A DNA stretch of 64,000 nucleotides from the IMG/VR virus record IMGVR_UViG_3300017814_000143. One strand, given 5' to 3'. Source of the stretch: an uncultured virus (IMG/VR IMGVR_UViG_3300017814_000143) (taxonomy: Duplodnaviria > Heunggongvirae > Uroviricota > Caudoviricetes). How positions within the stretch are numbered: position 1 is the stretch's first letter; every line of letters begins with the position of its first letter. Shown here piece after piece: positions 46,116 to 55,749 of this stretch. Made by a program: the position numbers and the translations under genes. Below the pieces are notes generated by a model that saw nothing but the letters and a program-made list of their open reading frames with translations, did no database searches and was not told the origin of the DNA.

Positions 46116-47229
46116 CGACGAGACACAGCACGTCGAGGCCGAGGTCATCGACGTGCCGGAGGTCATATCGGGCGCGGACAGGTGGCTCGCGGAGCAGAGG
46201 GCCAAGGTCGCCGAGATAGCGGGCGAGTACGTGCCGCACGAGATCACGACGGGCAAGGACTACGGCGACTCCAAAAGGGCGCGTTCGCAGGCCCGCAAGG
46301 AGATAAAGGCCGTCGAGGACGCGCGCCGCGCTCAGGTGGGCGTCATCAAGGACGCGGTGAGGGACTTCGAGTCCCAGGTGAGAGACCTCCTCGTGCCGCT
46401 GAAGGACGTGGACGCCGGCTACAAGGAGGCGCTCGACGGCTGGGAGCGGTTGGTGGTCGAGTCCCGCACGGAGTCGGTCCGGGCGTGGTACGGGGAGACG
46501 CAGGGCGACGTGGCGAGCCTGGTCCCCTTCGACACGCTCTGGGCGCGCTACGCCGACGCCGGCAAGTGGGGCCTCTACGGGACCAGCGAGGTCGCCATCC
46601 AGGACGGCGTAGCTCAGGCCGTCACGACCATCGAGGGAGACCTCGACACCATCCGCCGCGCCCCCTACGAGGACGAGGACCGCAAGGCCCTCATGGCCGA
46701 GTACCTGCGCACGCTCGACCTCTCTGCGGCCCTTCGTGACGCCGAGGAGGCCCGCCAGCGCCGCGAGCGCATGGCGGCCGTGGAGCGAGAGCGCGCCGAG
46801 CGCGAGGAGATGGCCCGCGCCGAGGAGGAGCGCGACAGGCAGCGCCGCGAGCAGGCGGAGCGCGACTCGCGCGAGCGCGCCGAGGCCGAGAGGGCGGCGG
46901 CGCTCCAGGCCGCCGAGGATGCGCGCCGGCGCCGCGTGGACGCGGGCATGGAGGCACCGGCCGCCAGGGACGCGGAGACCGAGGCGAGCCCCGCGCCGGA
47001 CGCCACGACCCAGCACGACATGCTCGCGAGCTTCGCGGGGGCCACGACGTGGGCGATAGTCACCGACGCGACCCCCGAGCAGGCCAAGGCCATCGGGGGC
47101 GTCCTCGCGACGCGCGGGATGACAGGCAGGGTCGCCAACCTCAGGGTGACCCTCGGCGCGGCGCAGAAGGACCGGTACATCGAGCACATCAGGGAGCTTG
47201 CCAAGGTGGCAGAGAGGTGGGATGCGTGA
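46108..47229 (+). CDS. Coiled-coil phage protein, DUF1351-like
   Basis: Long helical protein directly upstream of recombinase. Confidence 0.65.
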   Translation: MTSDETQHVEAEVIDVPEVISGADRWLAEQRAKVAEIAGEYVPHEITTGKDYGDSKRARSQARKEIKAVEDARRAQVGVIKDAVRDFESQVRDLLVPLKDVDAGYKEALDGWERLVVESRTESVRAWYGETQGDVASLVPFDTLWARYADAGKWGLYGTSEVAIQDGVAQAVTTIEGDLDTIRRAPYEDEDRKALMAEYLRTLDLSAALRDAEEARQRRERMAAVERERAEREEMARAEEERDRQRREQAERDSRERAEAERAAALQAAEDARRRRVDAGMEAPAARDAETEASPAPDATTQHDMLASFAGATTWAIVTDATPEQAKAIGGVLATRGMTGRVANLRVTLGAAQKDRYIEHIRELAKVAERWDA

Positions 47230-47960
47230 TGGCGGATGGAATCGTGAGATACAAGGCCACGGACGGCCAGGAGGTCAAGCTGTCCCCCGCCATCGTGGAG
47301 AGGTACATCCTCACGGGCAACGGCCAGGCCGACCCCAGGGACGTGTGGTCCTTCATGGCCAAGTGCCAGGCGCGGGGCCTCAACCCGCTCGCGGGGGACG
47401 CCTACATGACGGTCTACCAGTCCAAGAACGGGCCCGTGTCGAGCGTCATCGTCAGCAAGGACTACTACTTCCGCACGGCGTGCTCGCAGCCTGACTACGA
47501 CGGCATGGAGAGCGGCGTCGTGGTGCACGACCGCAAGACGGGCGCGCTCACCTACCGCGACGGCACGATAGTGGGGACGGAGAGCGAGGTGCTCGTGGGC
47601 GGATGGGCCAAGGTCTACAGCAAGGCCCGCTCGCACCCGTCGTTCTGCGCCGTGTCGCTCGGCGAGTACTCCACGGGCAGGAGCCTGTGGAAGACGCCGG
47701 ACCAGGGCGGCAAGCCGGCCACGATGATCTGCAAGGTCGCGAAGGTGCAGGCCATCCGCGAGATGTGGCCGGGCGTCTTCGGCGGGGTCTACGACCGCGA
47801 CGAGATGCCGGACGACCTCCCGAGCGCACCGCCGACCCCCGCGGCGCCCGTGGCGGAACGGCCCGAAGAGCCCGAAGAGGCGTCGTACGACGTCGACCCG
47901 GAGACGGGCGAGGTCACGAGCGCCGACGTGGCGCTGTACGGAGAGGACGTGGAGTTCTGA
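47229..47960 (+). CDS. bet: Single-strand annealing recombinase Bet/RecT
   Basis: CQARGLNPL, LVGGWAKVY, PATMICKVA, acidic tail. Confidence 0.85.
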   Translation: MADGIVRYKATDGQEVKLSPAIVERYILTGNGQADPRDVWSFMAKCQARGLNPLAGDAYMTVYQSKNGPVSSVIVSKDYYFRTACSQPDYDGMESGVVVHDRKTGALTYRDGTIVGTESEVLVGGWAKVYSKARSHPSFCAVSLGEYSTGRSLWKTPDQGGKPATMICKVAKVQAIREMWPGVFGGVYDRDEMPDDLPSAPPTPAAPVAERPEEPEEASYDVDPETGEVTSADVALYGEDVEF

Positions 47961-48559
47961 TGGCTGACGAAAAGACCAGCAGGCCAGACCCGCTGAAAAT
48001 ACTGCGCAGCAAGACGTGCGACGCATGCCGCCATTGCGAGCTGACCAGCCTCGCCGACACATGGGAGGCGGAACGCAGGCGGAACGCACAGACCATCAGG
48101 GAGCTGCAGTCCAGGCTTCGGACCGTCATGGGCGAGAACGACGTCCTGAAGACGGCGCAGGCGGCCCACACCGAAGAGATGGGGCAGCTGCAGGCCAGGC
48201 TCGACGCATCCATCCCACTGCCGCTCGACGCGGCAGGATATGTCTGGGAAAGCTACGAGGAGAACTTCGTCGATCCGTTTGGGAAGAGGCATGAGATCGA
48301 CAACCTCGGTCTCGCACAGGGGGGATGGATCATCAACGAGACGCGGGGGACATGGTATCCCGCCGAAGGATGCCTCCACGTCATGGAAGACCTCCCCCGG
48401 GCAAGGAAGCTGCACGAGACGATTGACGACGTGCGCACGTATGTGCGTGACACCGACTGGGGCGTCCCCGACCCGTATCACAAGGACCCCTACGGAGAGG
48501 TCTCGAGCCTCGTGGAGCGCGCCTACGCCTGCGGGAAGAGGGACGGTGGCACGCGATGA
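47960..48559 (+). CDS. Phage hypothetical protein (paralog of 49793-50350)
   Basis: Shared blocks LQARLDASI, YPAE.C.HV, RAYACG. Confidence 0.65.
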   Translation: MADEKTSRPDPLKILRSKTCDACRHCELTSLADTWEAERRRNAQTIRELQSRLRTVMGENDVLKTAQAAHTEEMGQLQARLDASIPLPLDAAGYVWESYEENFVDPFGKRHEIDNLGLAQGGWIINETRGTWYPAEGCLHVMEDLPRARKLHETIDDVRTYVRDTDWGVPDPYHKDPYGEVSSLVERAYACGKRDGGTR

Positions 48560-49047
48560 GCAGCAACATCAACAGAGTCAACATCAGCGGCAACCTGACG
48601 CGCGACCCGGAGCTGAGGGGCGCCGCAAGCGGCACGCAGATTCTCTCATTTGGGGTGGCCGTCAACGACCGCCGCAAGAACCAGCAGACGGGCGAGTGGG
48701 AGGACGTCCCCAACTTCGTCGACTGCATCGTCTTCGGCAACCGCGCGACCGCGCTCGCCGACATGCTGCGCAAGGGCAGCAAGGTCGCCGTCGAGGGCAA
48801 GCTCCGCTACAGCTCCTGGGAGGCGAAGGACGGTACCAAGCGCTCCAAGCTCGAGGTCGTCGTGGACGAGGTGGAGTTCCTCTCCTCGAGGAACCAGCAG
48901 GGCGGACAGGGCCAGCAGCACGGCCAGCCCGCACCGTCGTACCCTGCGCCGGCGTACTCGGCCCCTGCACCGGCCCCACAGCGCTCCCAGGCACCCGTGC
49001 GGAACCCGCCGTCGGCCGATGCCTACGACGAGGACATCCCTTTCTAG
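48556..49047 (+). CDS. ssb: Single-stranded DNA-binding protein
   Basis: INRVNISGNLTRDPEL; C-terminal DEDIPF. Confidence 0.95.
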   Translation: MSSNINRVNISGNLTRDPELRGAASGTQILSFGVAVNDRRKNQQTGEWEDVPNFVDCIVFGNRATALADMLRKGSKVAVEGKLRYSSWEAKDGTKRSKLEVVVDEVEFLSSRNQQGGQGQQHGQPAPSYPAPAYSAPAPAPQRSQAPVRNPPSADAYDEDIPF

Positions 49048-49061
49048 GCAGGAGGCCCGCC

Positions 49062-49241
49062 ATGGACTACAAGGGGTGGGCGGAGGTCTGGATCGCCCGG
49101 CGGGAGTGCTGCGCGTCGTGCGCGCACTTCTCGGCGGACGGCTTGGCCGGGACGTGCCGCGCGGGCGGAGGGCCCGTGCCGGTGCCGCACCCGGGCGCGA
49201 CCACATGCTGCGGGGACTACGAGAGGAGGCGCGACCGGTGA
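49062..49241 (+). CDS. Small Cys-rich phage protein
   Basis: CCASCAHF; GGAGG RBS. Confidence 0.55.
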   Translation: MDYKGWAEVWIARRECCASCAHFSADGLAGTCRAGGGPVPVPHPGATTCCGDYERRRDR

Positions 49242-49645
49242 CCGACGTCGACGAGATGTTCCCGCGGTGGATCCGCCTGGGCTCGCGCGAGGCCGCCTAC
49301 GACCCCGGGGCGACCGCGGTGAGGGGCCGCTTCGGGTGGGCCGGATACGGGCGCCTCGTGGGGCTCAGGCAGCTCCTGGCCAACTCCCCCGGGGCGACCA
49401 TGCCGGTGGGCGAGCGGTGGCAGCTGCAGTCCCTCGCGGCGTCCCTGGGGATGTCCGCGCCGAAGTGCCGCGAGTTCCTGGCGTTCCTCGCCGAGTCGGG
49501 ATGCATCGACGGCGAGTCGCTCGCGGGCGGGAGAGTTTTCGACAACGCGGTGTGGGAGCAGGTCCAGGCGTACCAGACGAGGTGCCGTGCGAACCGCGAG
49601 AACGGCAAGAAGGGCGGGTTCACACGTGGTTCTACCAGCGCATAA
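49238..49645 (+). CDS. Short replication-initiator-like protein
   Basis: RFGWAGYG, wHTH-like core, ANRENGKKGG end typical of phage replisome organisers. Confidence 0.55.
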   Translation: MTDVDEMFPRWIRLGSREAAYDPGATAVRGRFGWAGYGRLVGLRQLLANSPGATMPVGERWQLQSLAASLGMSAPKCREFLAFLAESGCIDGESLAGGRVFDNAVWEQVQAYQTRCRANRENGKKGGFTRGSTSA

Positions 49646-49792
49646 ACCCACTGGGGTACCCAATCGGATACCCAGAGCCAACCCAGGTCCTTAGATATAG
49701 AGATAGAGATAGATAAGAACACCTAACCGTACTTGTGAGAGGGGAGCCGAGAAATGTCGATAACTCCGTCCAGGACCCGTGAAGGGGACACC

Positions 49793-50350
49793 ATGAGCGC
49801 AGACGCAAGGAGCATCACCGGAGAGCTGCGAGAGTATGCGAGGAATCCATTTTACTGTGTGACTTGGCACTCAACTAATAACGTGCTTTCCATCGCCGAC
49901 CGAATCGATGCCCGCTTCACTGCCGAGCTGACGGCCAAGCAGGACGAGATAGCCGACCTGCAAGCCAGGCTCGACGCATCCATCCTCCCGCCGGTGGACA
50001 TCGACGGCGCACGCTGGACCGGCGAGGACGTGGACAAGCCGTTCGCGCCTGGTGGTGTCATCGCCATCGCTTTCGACAAGGACCAGGTGCTGCGCGAGAT
50101 TGTCTACGACTGGCCGCACGAGGGCTGGTGGCTCGTGGACCAGTACGACACCCACTACCCAGCCGAAAAGTGCCATCACGTCGCCCCGGAGCCGCCCGAG
50201 ACCATCGAGGACGTGCGGAACATTGTCAAGAGTGCCGAATGTCTGACCAATCTGTTCTTCCACGCCGACGGTGAAGGCATCTCTGCCGCTGAACTCGTGG
50301 ACCGTGCCTATGCATGCGGTAGGCGTGACTGGGCAGGTGAGGGACGATGA
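49793..50350 (+). CDS. Phage hypothetical protein (paralog of 47960-48559)
   Basis: Shared blocks; AAGGGG RBS. Confidence 0.65.
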   Translation: MSADARSITGELREYARNPFYCVTWHSTNNVLSIADRIDARFTAELTAKQDEIADLQARLDASILPPVDIDGARWTGEDVDKPFAPGGVIAIAFDKDQVLREIVYDWPHEGWWLVDQYDTHYPAEKCHHVAPEPPETIEDVRNIVKSAECLTNLFFHADGEGISAAELVDRAYACGRRDWAGEGR

Positions 50351-50565
50351 CTGACTCGCAGAAGCAGATAGACGAGGACGCACGGAAGGACTTCGAGGAG
50401 TACTGGGGATGTAAGGCCATCCACGATTGCGGTGACTGCCCAGCGCTCATGGACGGTGATGAGCCGTGGTACTCATACGGCACGGGTGGCTCGTGTCGGG
50501 AGGCGCAGGTTCTCGACCTCCTCTGCCGCCAGCGCGAGCTTGACAAGGCAGATGAGCAGGCATGA
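50347..50565 (+). CDS. Small phage protein
   Basis: ATGA-coupled; CGDCP. Confidence 0.5.
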   Translation: MTDSQKQIDEDARKDFEEYWGCKAIHDCGDCPALMDGDEPWYSYGTGGSCREAQVLDLLCRQRELDKADEQA

Positions 50566-50789
50566 GCACGTCGATCACGAGCCCACGGAGGCTCAGGGAC
50601 GCCCGCGGCGAGACCTGCGACCGCTGCCCTTTCTTCGCTCCCCTGCTGGAGCCCGGCCACAAGCCAGCGGACTACGGCTGGTGCATGCGGGACGGCGAGG
50701 GCGTGCGCGCGGACAACCCGATGTGCTCCGGTGCCCCGTCCGGACGCGCCGGCATCAGTGCAGAGGCTGACGGCTGTGACGAGTCATGA
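50562..50789 (+). CDS. Small Cys-rich phage protein
   Basis: ATGA-coupled; CDRCPFF. Confidence 0.5.
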   Translation: MSTSITSPRRLRDARGETCDRCPFFAPLLEPGHKPADYGWCMRDGEGVRADNPMCSGAPSGRAGISAEADGCDES

Positions 50790-50962
50790 GCATCGACGGC
50801 GCGATACGCCGGGGGATAAGGCTGCTCGACACGCCGCCCGACGGGTGGGTCATCGTACCCCAGGCATCCACTGCCCCCATAGGTTGGCGCTGGTGGAGCA
50901 ACGGCAAGAGCAGGTTCGGCGGAGAGTACGAGTCGGCGCTGGTCAGGGAGGAGAAGAGATGA
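50786..50962 (+). CDS. Small phage protein (58 aa, not in ORF track)
   Basis: ATGA overlaps at both ends; MSIDGAIRRG...EEKR*. Confidence 0.5.
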   Translation: MSIDGAIRRGIRLLDTPPDGWVIVPQASTAPIGWRWWSNGKSRFGGEYESALVREEKR

Positions 50963-51183
50963 TCGAGACCAGGCTCGGGGACGAGACGATCAGCTACCTC
51001 GAGGAGGTCGACCTGCTCGAGTGCCGGGTGTGCCACGTGAGACCCGTCGTCAAGCACGTGGGCGGGTCGTCGGGCGCGGTGAGGGTCGAGTGCCCGTGCT
51101 GCGGCATCCGCACGGGGCAGAGCACCAACGAGCAGGGCGTGTACATCGACTGGAACCGCGTGATGGGAGGGGACCAGGCATGA
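50959..51183 (+). CDS. Lar-like (restriction alleviation) zinc-ribbon protein
   Basis: LLECRVC...VECPCCG...WNR. Confidence 0.55.
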   Translation: MIETRLGDETISYLEEVDLLECRVCHVRPVVKHVGGSSGAVRVECPCCGIRTGQSTNEQGVYIDWNRVMGGDQA

Positions 51184-51410
51184 GCGAGCGAGAGATGCCG
51201 CGCCCGTGCGTCGTGGACGGCGAGAGGTGCACGTGCCACCTGCTCTACGTCGCGTGCTGGACGCACGGTGCGGGACTGACAGCGGGATCGTTCCCCGCAG
51301 GGCAGGAGTCACGGTCCATGGCACTTATCGAACACGAAGACGGAAGCATGGAGAACGTCGAAGCCTGCAAGGTGACGTTCACCGACGTGACGAGAGGTGA
51401 TGCCTCGTGA
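51180..51410 (+). CDS. Small phage protein
   Basis: ATGA-coupled; ALIEHEDGSM. Confidence 0.5.
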   Translation: MSEREMPRPCVVDGERCTCHLLYVACWTHGAGLTAGSFPAGQESRSMALIEHEDGSMENVEACKVTFTDVTRGDAS

Positions 51411-51700
51411 GCAAGCTGCGCATGAGCGTCAAATCTCGCCGCATGGTCAGGCGCAACCGCGCCTTCTTCCGTCTCATGGACGAGACGGGGCTCACGGCCG
51501 ACCAGCTGAGGAGCGCCCTTGCGACGAGGGATGCGCTCGGACGCCTGGTGTGCGAGCAATGGTTCGCCGCAGTCGGCAGAGCGGTGGAATCAGTCCGAGA
51601 GGTCGCGAGTGTGGTTGCCACTGCCATGACCGAAGCGTTCGGGGAGCTGGCGCCCGTCCTCGACGCGATCGCGAGGGCGGAGGGAGAGGATGGCGAGTAG
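51407..51700 (+). CDS. Phage hypothetical protein
   Basis: GTGA-coupled. Confidence 0.5.
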   Translation: MSKLRMSVKSRRMVRRNRAFFRLMDETGLTADQLRSALATRDALGRLVCEQWFAAVGRAVESVREVASVVATAMTEAFGELAPVLDAIARAEGEDGE

Positions 51701-51911
51701 GCGGTGCCACAGGTGCCCCACGTGCTCGTCGTGCGGCGTGCTGCGCACGGCGGGCTTCGTCACGGAGGAGAGGCTCCGCTGCACGAGGTTCGGCATCGAC
51801 GTGGACCCGGGCGACGGGTGCACGTTCGGCGACGGGGAGGGGTCGAGGCAGGCCCGCCGACCCATGACGGTAGACCTGCCGGGCGACTGGAACAGGAGGG
51901 GCGGATGGTGA
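51690..51911 (+). CDS. Small Cys-rich phage protein
   Basis: CPTCSSC..DGCTFG. Confidence 0.45.
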   Translation: MASRRCHRCPTCSSCGVLRTAGFVTEERLRCTRFGIDVDPGDGCTFGDGEGSRQARRPMTVDLPGDWNRRGGW

Positions 51912-52315
51912 GAGGGCGACACGAACTTGGGACAAATGTCCCAAGTGTCCCAAGTTCTCGGAAAGGCTACATCGTCTGGACGTGGGCCGAGATAGACGCG
52001 ATCCGCAAGCACCCGGACATGACCGCCGAGGAGCTCCACGAGATCATCCCGCGCCATTCGGTCAAGGCCATCAGGAACCAACGCTCCCGTGTCGGCCGCT
52101 ACTCCCCCGACGCCGTGCCGCTGTGCCAGAGGTGCGGGGAGCACCCCGTGTGGGAGGAGGCCGCCGACGCACGCAGGTGGGGGCTGTGCAAGGCTTGCGC
52201 CCTCGAGGAGAGGGCGTGGCGGTCCAAGCACGGAGGCGAGCTGTCCCGCAAGGACAACGCGCTCCGGCAGGCGAGGTTCAAGGCGAGGCACCGGAAGGAG
52301 GACGGCAGGTCATGA
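51905..52315 (+). CDS. Putative DNA-binding protein (Myb-like repeat + CxxC pair); possible late regulator
   Basis: WTWAEIDAIR..HSVKAIRNQR; CQRC/CKAC; near start of late region. Confidence 0.5.
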   Translation: MVRGRHELGTNVPSVPSSRKGYIVWTWAEIDAIRKHPDMTAEELHEIIPRHSVKAIRNQRSRVGRYSPDAVPLCQRCGEHPVWEEAADARRWGLCKACALEERAWRSKHGGELSRKDNALRQARFKARHRKEDGRS

Positions 52316-52422
52316 CGATCTACGTGGACCCGGCAAGCTTCATGTGGGGGGTGGCGGCGGGAATACTCCTGCTCCTGTTCATCGCCTTGCTCGGGGTCAG
52401 CAAGGATAGGGACGGCAAGTGA
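52312..52422 (+). CDS. Small membrane protein
   Basis: ATGA-coupled; single TM. Confidence 0.4.
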   Translation: MTIYVDPASFMWGVAAGILLLLFIALLGVSKDRDGK

Positions 52423-52619
52423 TGGGCGACAAGGGTGGCGGTCTGTCGGATGGCTACGAGACCTTCGTGGTGCGGCTTGACGTGACGGTTCCCGTCGCGA
52501 CGAGGGGCACGTCATCGGATGCCGCCGAGACGGCCACGGAGGTCATAGGTCAGCGCCTACGAGACGAGTTCGGACCGTCGGTCAAGGTGAAGCCGCACGT
52601 CGACGCGCTCTTCGACTGA
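52419..52619 (+). CDS. Small phage protein
   Basis: GTGA-coupled. Confidence 0.45.
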   Translation: MMGDKGGGLSDGYETFVVRLDVTVPVATRGTSSDAAETATEVIGQRLRDEFGPSVKVKPHVDALFD

Positions 52620-52656
52620 CCGTGCGGCCATGTGACCTGCGGCGCACGCTGTGGCC

Positions 52657-54330
52657 ATGGAGAACACGGGGACACAGCCGCTCGACAACCCCCGGCGCGA
52701 GCGCTACTGCCAGGAACGTGCCGGCGGCAGGACCCAGCGCCAGGCGATGCTCGCGGCCTACCCGAGCAGGGCGGGCTGGTCCGACAACGCCGTCGACTGC
52801 GCGGCGTCCAAGCTCGAGGCGGATGCAAAGGTCAAGCAAAGGCTCGACGCCCTCAAGCGGGCCGCGGCGGACGCCGCCACGCTCACCCGCGCCGAGGTCC
52901 TCTCGGGCATGGGCGAGACCTTCCGCAGGGCCCAGGCTAGCAACCGCACGGGCATCACGCAGGTCGGCGTCCAGGCCGTCTCCTCCATCGGCCGCACCCT
53001 GCTCGACGCCCTGCCGGCCGACGCCCCGCCGGACGCCCCCGCCGCCGTGACGGACTTCGGCCTCCTGGTCGCGCCCCCGTTCCTCGCGCCCCACAGGCAG
53101 GTGGCCAGGGACGCGGGCGGCGAGTGGTGGGAGTTCGGCGGGCGCTCGTCAGGCAAGAGCTCGCACGTCTCGCTCGAGGTCGCCTACGGCATGACGCGGC
53201 ATCCGGACCGCTCCGCCTACGTCGTCATGCAGCGCCAGAAGGACATGCGCGAGGGTGTGTACGAACAACTCGCCTGGGCGCTCGGCGCGCTCGGCGTGGC
53301 CGACGAGTGGACGTTCCGCACCTCGCCGCTCTCCGTCACGAGGCGCGAGACCGGGCAGGTGGCCCTGTTCCACGGCATGGACTCGGCCGACAAGACCAAG
53401 GCCGTCAAGGCGCCCGCCGGGACCTACTTCGCCTACCAGTGGTTCGAGGAGGCCGACCAGCTCTCCGGCATGCCCGCCATCCGCACGGCCGAGCAGTCGA
53501 CCACGCGAGGGCCCGGGCCCTTCTTCCGCTTCGTCACCTTCAACCCACCACGAAGTCGCGACTCGTGGGCCAACGCCGAGATCGCGCGCAGGGAGGCCGC
53601 GGGACTCGAGGTATACCGCTCGAGCTACCTCGACATGCCGCGCGAGTGGGTCCCGCAGCAGCTGAGGGACGACGCCGAGGCGCTGAGGATCGCGGACGAG
53701 GAGAGCTACCGCCACGAGTACCTGGGCGAGCCCGTGGGCTACGGGGCCGAGGTCTTCGCCCGTGCCACGGTGCGCGAGGTCACGGACGCCGAGCGCCGCC
53801 GGCTCGAGCGCCACGTCTACGGCGTGGACTGGGGCTTCTCCACCGACCCGTGGGTGTGGCTCATGGCCGCCTACGACCCCGCGACGCGCACGCTCTACGT
53901 CCTGGACGAGATGCACGGGCGCGGGCTCTCCAACGCCGAGACCGCCCGCATGGTGGCGGACCGCATGGCCAAGGCGCTCGTGGCGGACGACGGGGAGGTC
54001 GTGGAGGACGCCGAGCCGTACGCCACGGTCGAGTGCGACGGCGCCGAGCCCAAGAGCGTGGCCGACTACCGCGAGGCGGGCATCCAGGCGGTGTCGGCAC
54101 CGAAGCAGGGGCGCCACAACGTCCACAACTCCGTGCGCTGGCTGCAGGAGCGCTCGGCGATCGTCATAGACCCGCGCTGCGGGCTGGCGGCCGGGGAGAT
54201 CCCCGCCTACCAGTACGCCATGACGCGCGACGGCGAGGTCACGGGCGAGCTCCCCGACAGGGACAACCACTCCATCGACGCCCTGCGTTACGCGTGCTCG
54301 ACCCTCATGGACGAGAGGGGCAACGTCTAG
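52657..54330 (+). CDS. terL: Terminase large subunit (PBSX-like) with TerS-like N-terminal domain
   Basis: GGRSSGKS, WFEEADQ, TFNPP, GVDWGF, DNHSIDALRY. Confidence 0.92.
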   Translation: MENTGTQPLDNPRRERYCQERAGGRTQRQAMLAAYPSRAGWSDNAVDCAASKLEADAKVKQRLDALKRAAADAATLTRAEVLSGMGETFRRAQASNRTGITQVGVQAVSSIGRTLLDALPADAPPDAPAAVTDFGLLVAPPFLAPHRQVARDAGGEWWEFGGRSSGKSSHVSLEVAYGMTRHPDRSAYVVMQRQKDMREGVYEQLAWALGALGVADEWTFRTSPLSVTRRETGQVALFHGMDSADKTKAVKAPAGTYFAYQWFEEADQLSGMPAIRTAEQSTTRGPGPFFRFVTFNPPRSRDSWANAEIARREAAGLEVYRSSYLDMPREWVPQQLRDDAEALRIADEESYRHEYLGEPVGYGAEVFARATVREVTDAERRRLERHVYGVDWGFSTDPWVWLMAAYDPATRTLYVLDEMHGRGLSNAETARMVADRMAKALVADDGEVVEDAEPYATVECDGAEPKSVADYREAGIQAVSAPKQGRHNVHNSVRWLQERSAIVIDPRCGLAAGEIPAYQYAMTRDGEVTGELPDRDNHSIDALRYACSTLMDERGNV

Positions 54331-54339
54331 GAGGGTGCG

Positions 54340-55746
54340 ATGTCACGCAAGGTCACGGGTTTCCCCGCATGGGCGACGAGGTTCCTCAGGGGGCTCGGGT
54401 ACCGCCCGGGCAACTGCATGGACGAGCACATCAAGGCGTGGTGGGGCTGGTACCAGGTCGACAACGGCTTCTACGGCGTCGACCGCCCGGACACGGGCCG
54501 CGGGGACTGCCCGGACCGGCACCTCTCCCTGAGGCCGGCGCGCATGGCCGCGGACGAGTGGGCGTCCCTCGTCATGGACGACAAGACCCAGATGGGCTCC
54601 GAGGACGCTACCGTGAACGCATGGGTGGGAGAGCGGTTCGGCGGCTTCGTCGGCGACGAGCTCGACCACCTCGCGCTGTCGTTCGCGCTCGGGACCGGCG
54701 CGTGGGTCGCCGACCTCGGTGGCATCGTGGGCGACTCGACCGCGGGTACCACGGCCTCCATCTCCTTCTACGACGCGTCGCAGCTCTGCCCGCTCGAGAG
54801 CGACGGGGACGAGTCGGTGTCGTGCGCCTTCGTGCGCCGCATCTCGCACGGCCGCGGCCTGCTCGACCAGCTGCAGGTCCACGCGCCCGACCCCGCGACG
54901 GGGACGTACCACGTCCGCACGTGGGTCTTCGGCACCAGGTCGCACCAGGTCCCGTGCGCGGCCGACGACATCACGGCCGACCTCGACACGGGGACGGCGC
55001 TCCCCTGCTACGCGCTCGTCCGCCCCGCGATCGCCAACACCTACGAGGAGTGCACGCCCCTCGGGGTCTCCGTCTTCGACGACGCCCAGGACGCCATCAA
55101 GCTCGTGGACGAGGCGTTCGACGCCTCCTACTGGAGGCTGCGCGTGTGCCAGCCGCGCATGGTCGTGGACGAGGCCGGGCTTCGCCGGGACCCGAAGACG
55201 GGCGAGCTTGACCTCGTGGGCACCGTCGACAGGCGCGTCTTCAAGGCCGTCTCGGGCGGCGGCGACCACCCGCAGCCCGCCACGGTCTACGACCCCGGCC
55301 TCCAGGCGTCCGAGACCGACACGGCCCTCAACTCCGCCCTCTCGCTGTTCTCGGCCAAGTGCGGGTTCGGCCCCAACTACTTCAGCTACTCGCGCCAGCA
55401 GGGCCTGAGGACGGCCACGGAGGTGTCGGCGGACAACTCGCAGCTCTTCCGCAACGTGCGGCGCCACGAGCAGGTGGTGGGCGACGCCATCGAGAGGCTC
55501 GTGGCAGGGGCCTGGGCCGCCGAGACCGCTCTGCGCACGGGCACCGACCCGGGCGTGCCCGACGTCAAGGTCACGTGGGACGACTCCATCGTGGAGGACA
55601 CGGCCACCGAGCGTGCGCTCATGAAAGACGACATCAGCCGCGGGCTCGCCCCGGCATGGCTCTACCCCGTGCGCTACTACGGCATGTCCGAGGACGAGGC
55701 CAAGGCGCTCGTCGGCTCCCAGCAGGCGGTGCCGGAGGAGGCATAG
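54340..55746 (+). CDS. Portal protein (A118/SPP1-like)
   Basis: Position and size; PLGVSVF, TATEV, WDDSIVED. Confidence 0.88.
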   Translation: MSRKVTGFPAWATRFLRGLGYRPGNCMDEHIKAWWGWYQVDNGFYGVDRPDTGRGDCPDRHLSLRPARMAADEWASLVMDDKTQMGSEDATVNAWVGERFGGFVGDELDHLALSFALGTGAWVADLGGIVGDSTAGTTASISFYDASQLCPLESDGDESVSCAFVRRISHGRGLLDQLQVHAPDPATGTYHVRTWVFGTRSHQVPCAADDITADLDTGTALPCYALVRPAIANTYEECTPLGVSVFDDAQDAIKLVDEAFDASYWRLRVCQPRMVVDEAGLRRDPKTGELDLVGTVDRRVFKAVSGGGDHPQPATVYDPGLQASETDTALNSALSLFSAKCGFGPNYFSYSRQQGLRTATEVSADNSQLFRNVRRHEQVVGDAIERLVAGAWAAETALRTGTDPGVPDVKVTWDDSIVEDTATERALMKDDISRGLAPAWLYPVRYYGMSEDEAKALVGSQQAVPEEA

Positions 55747-55749
55747 CCC

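Noticed and set aside
53124..55211. 695-aa alternate-frame ORF over terminase and portal
   Set aside because: Arg/Gly/Pro-rich off-frame artefact.
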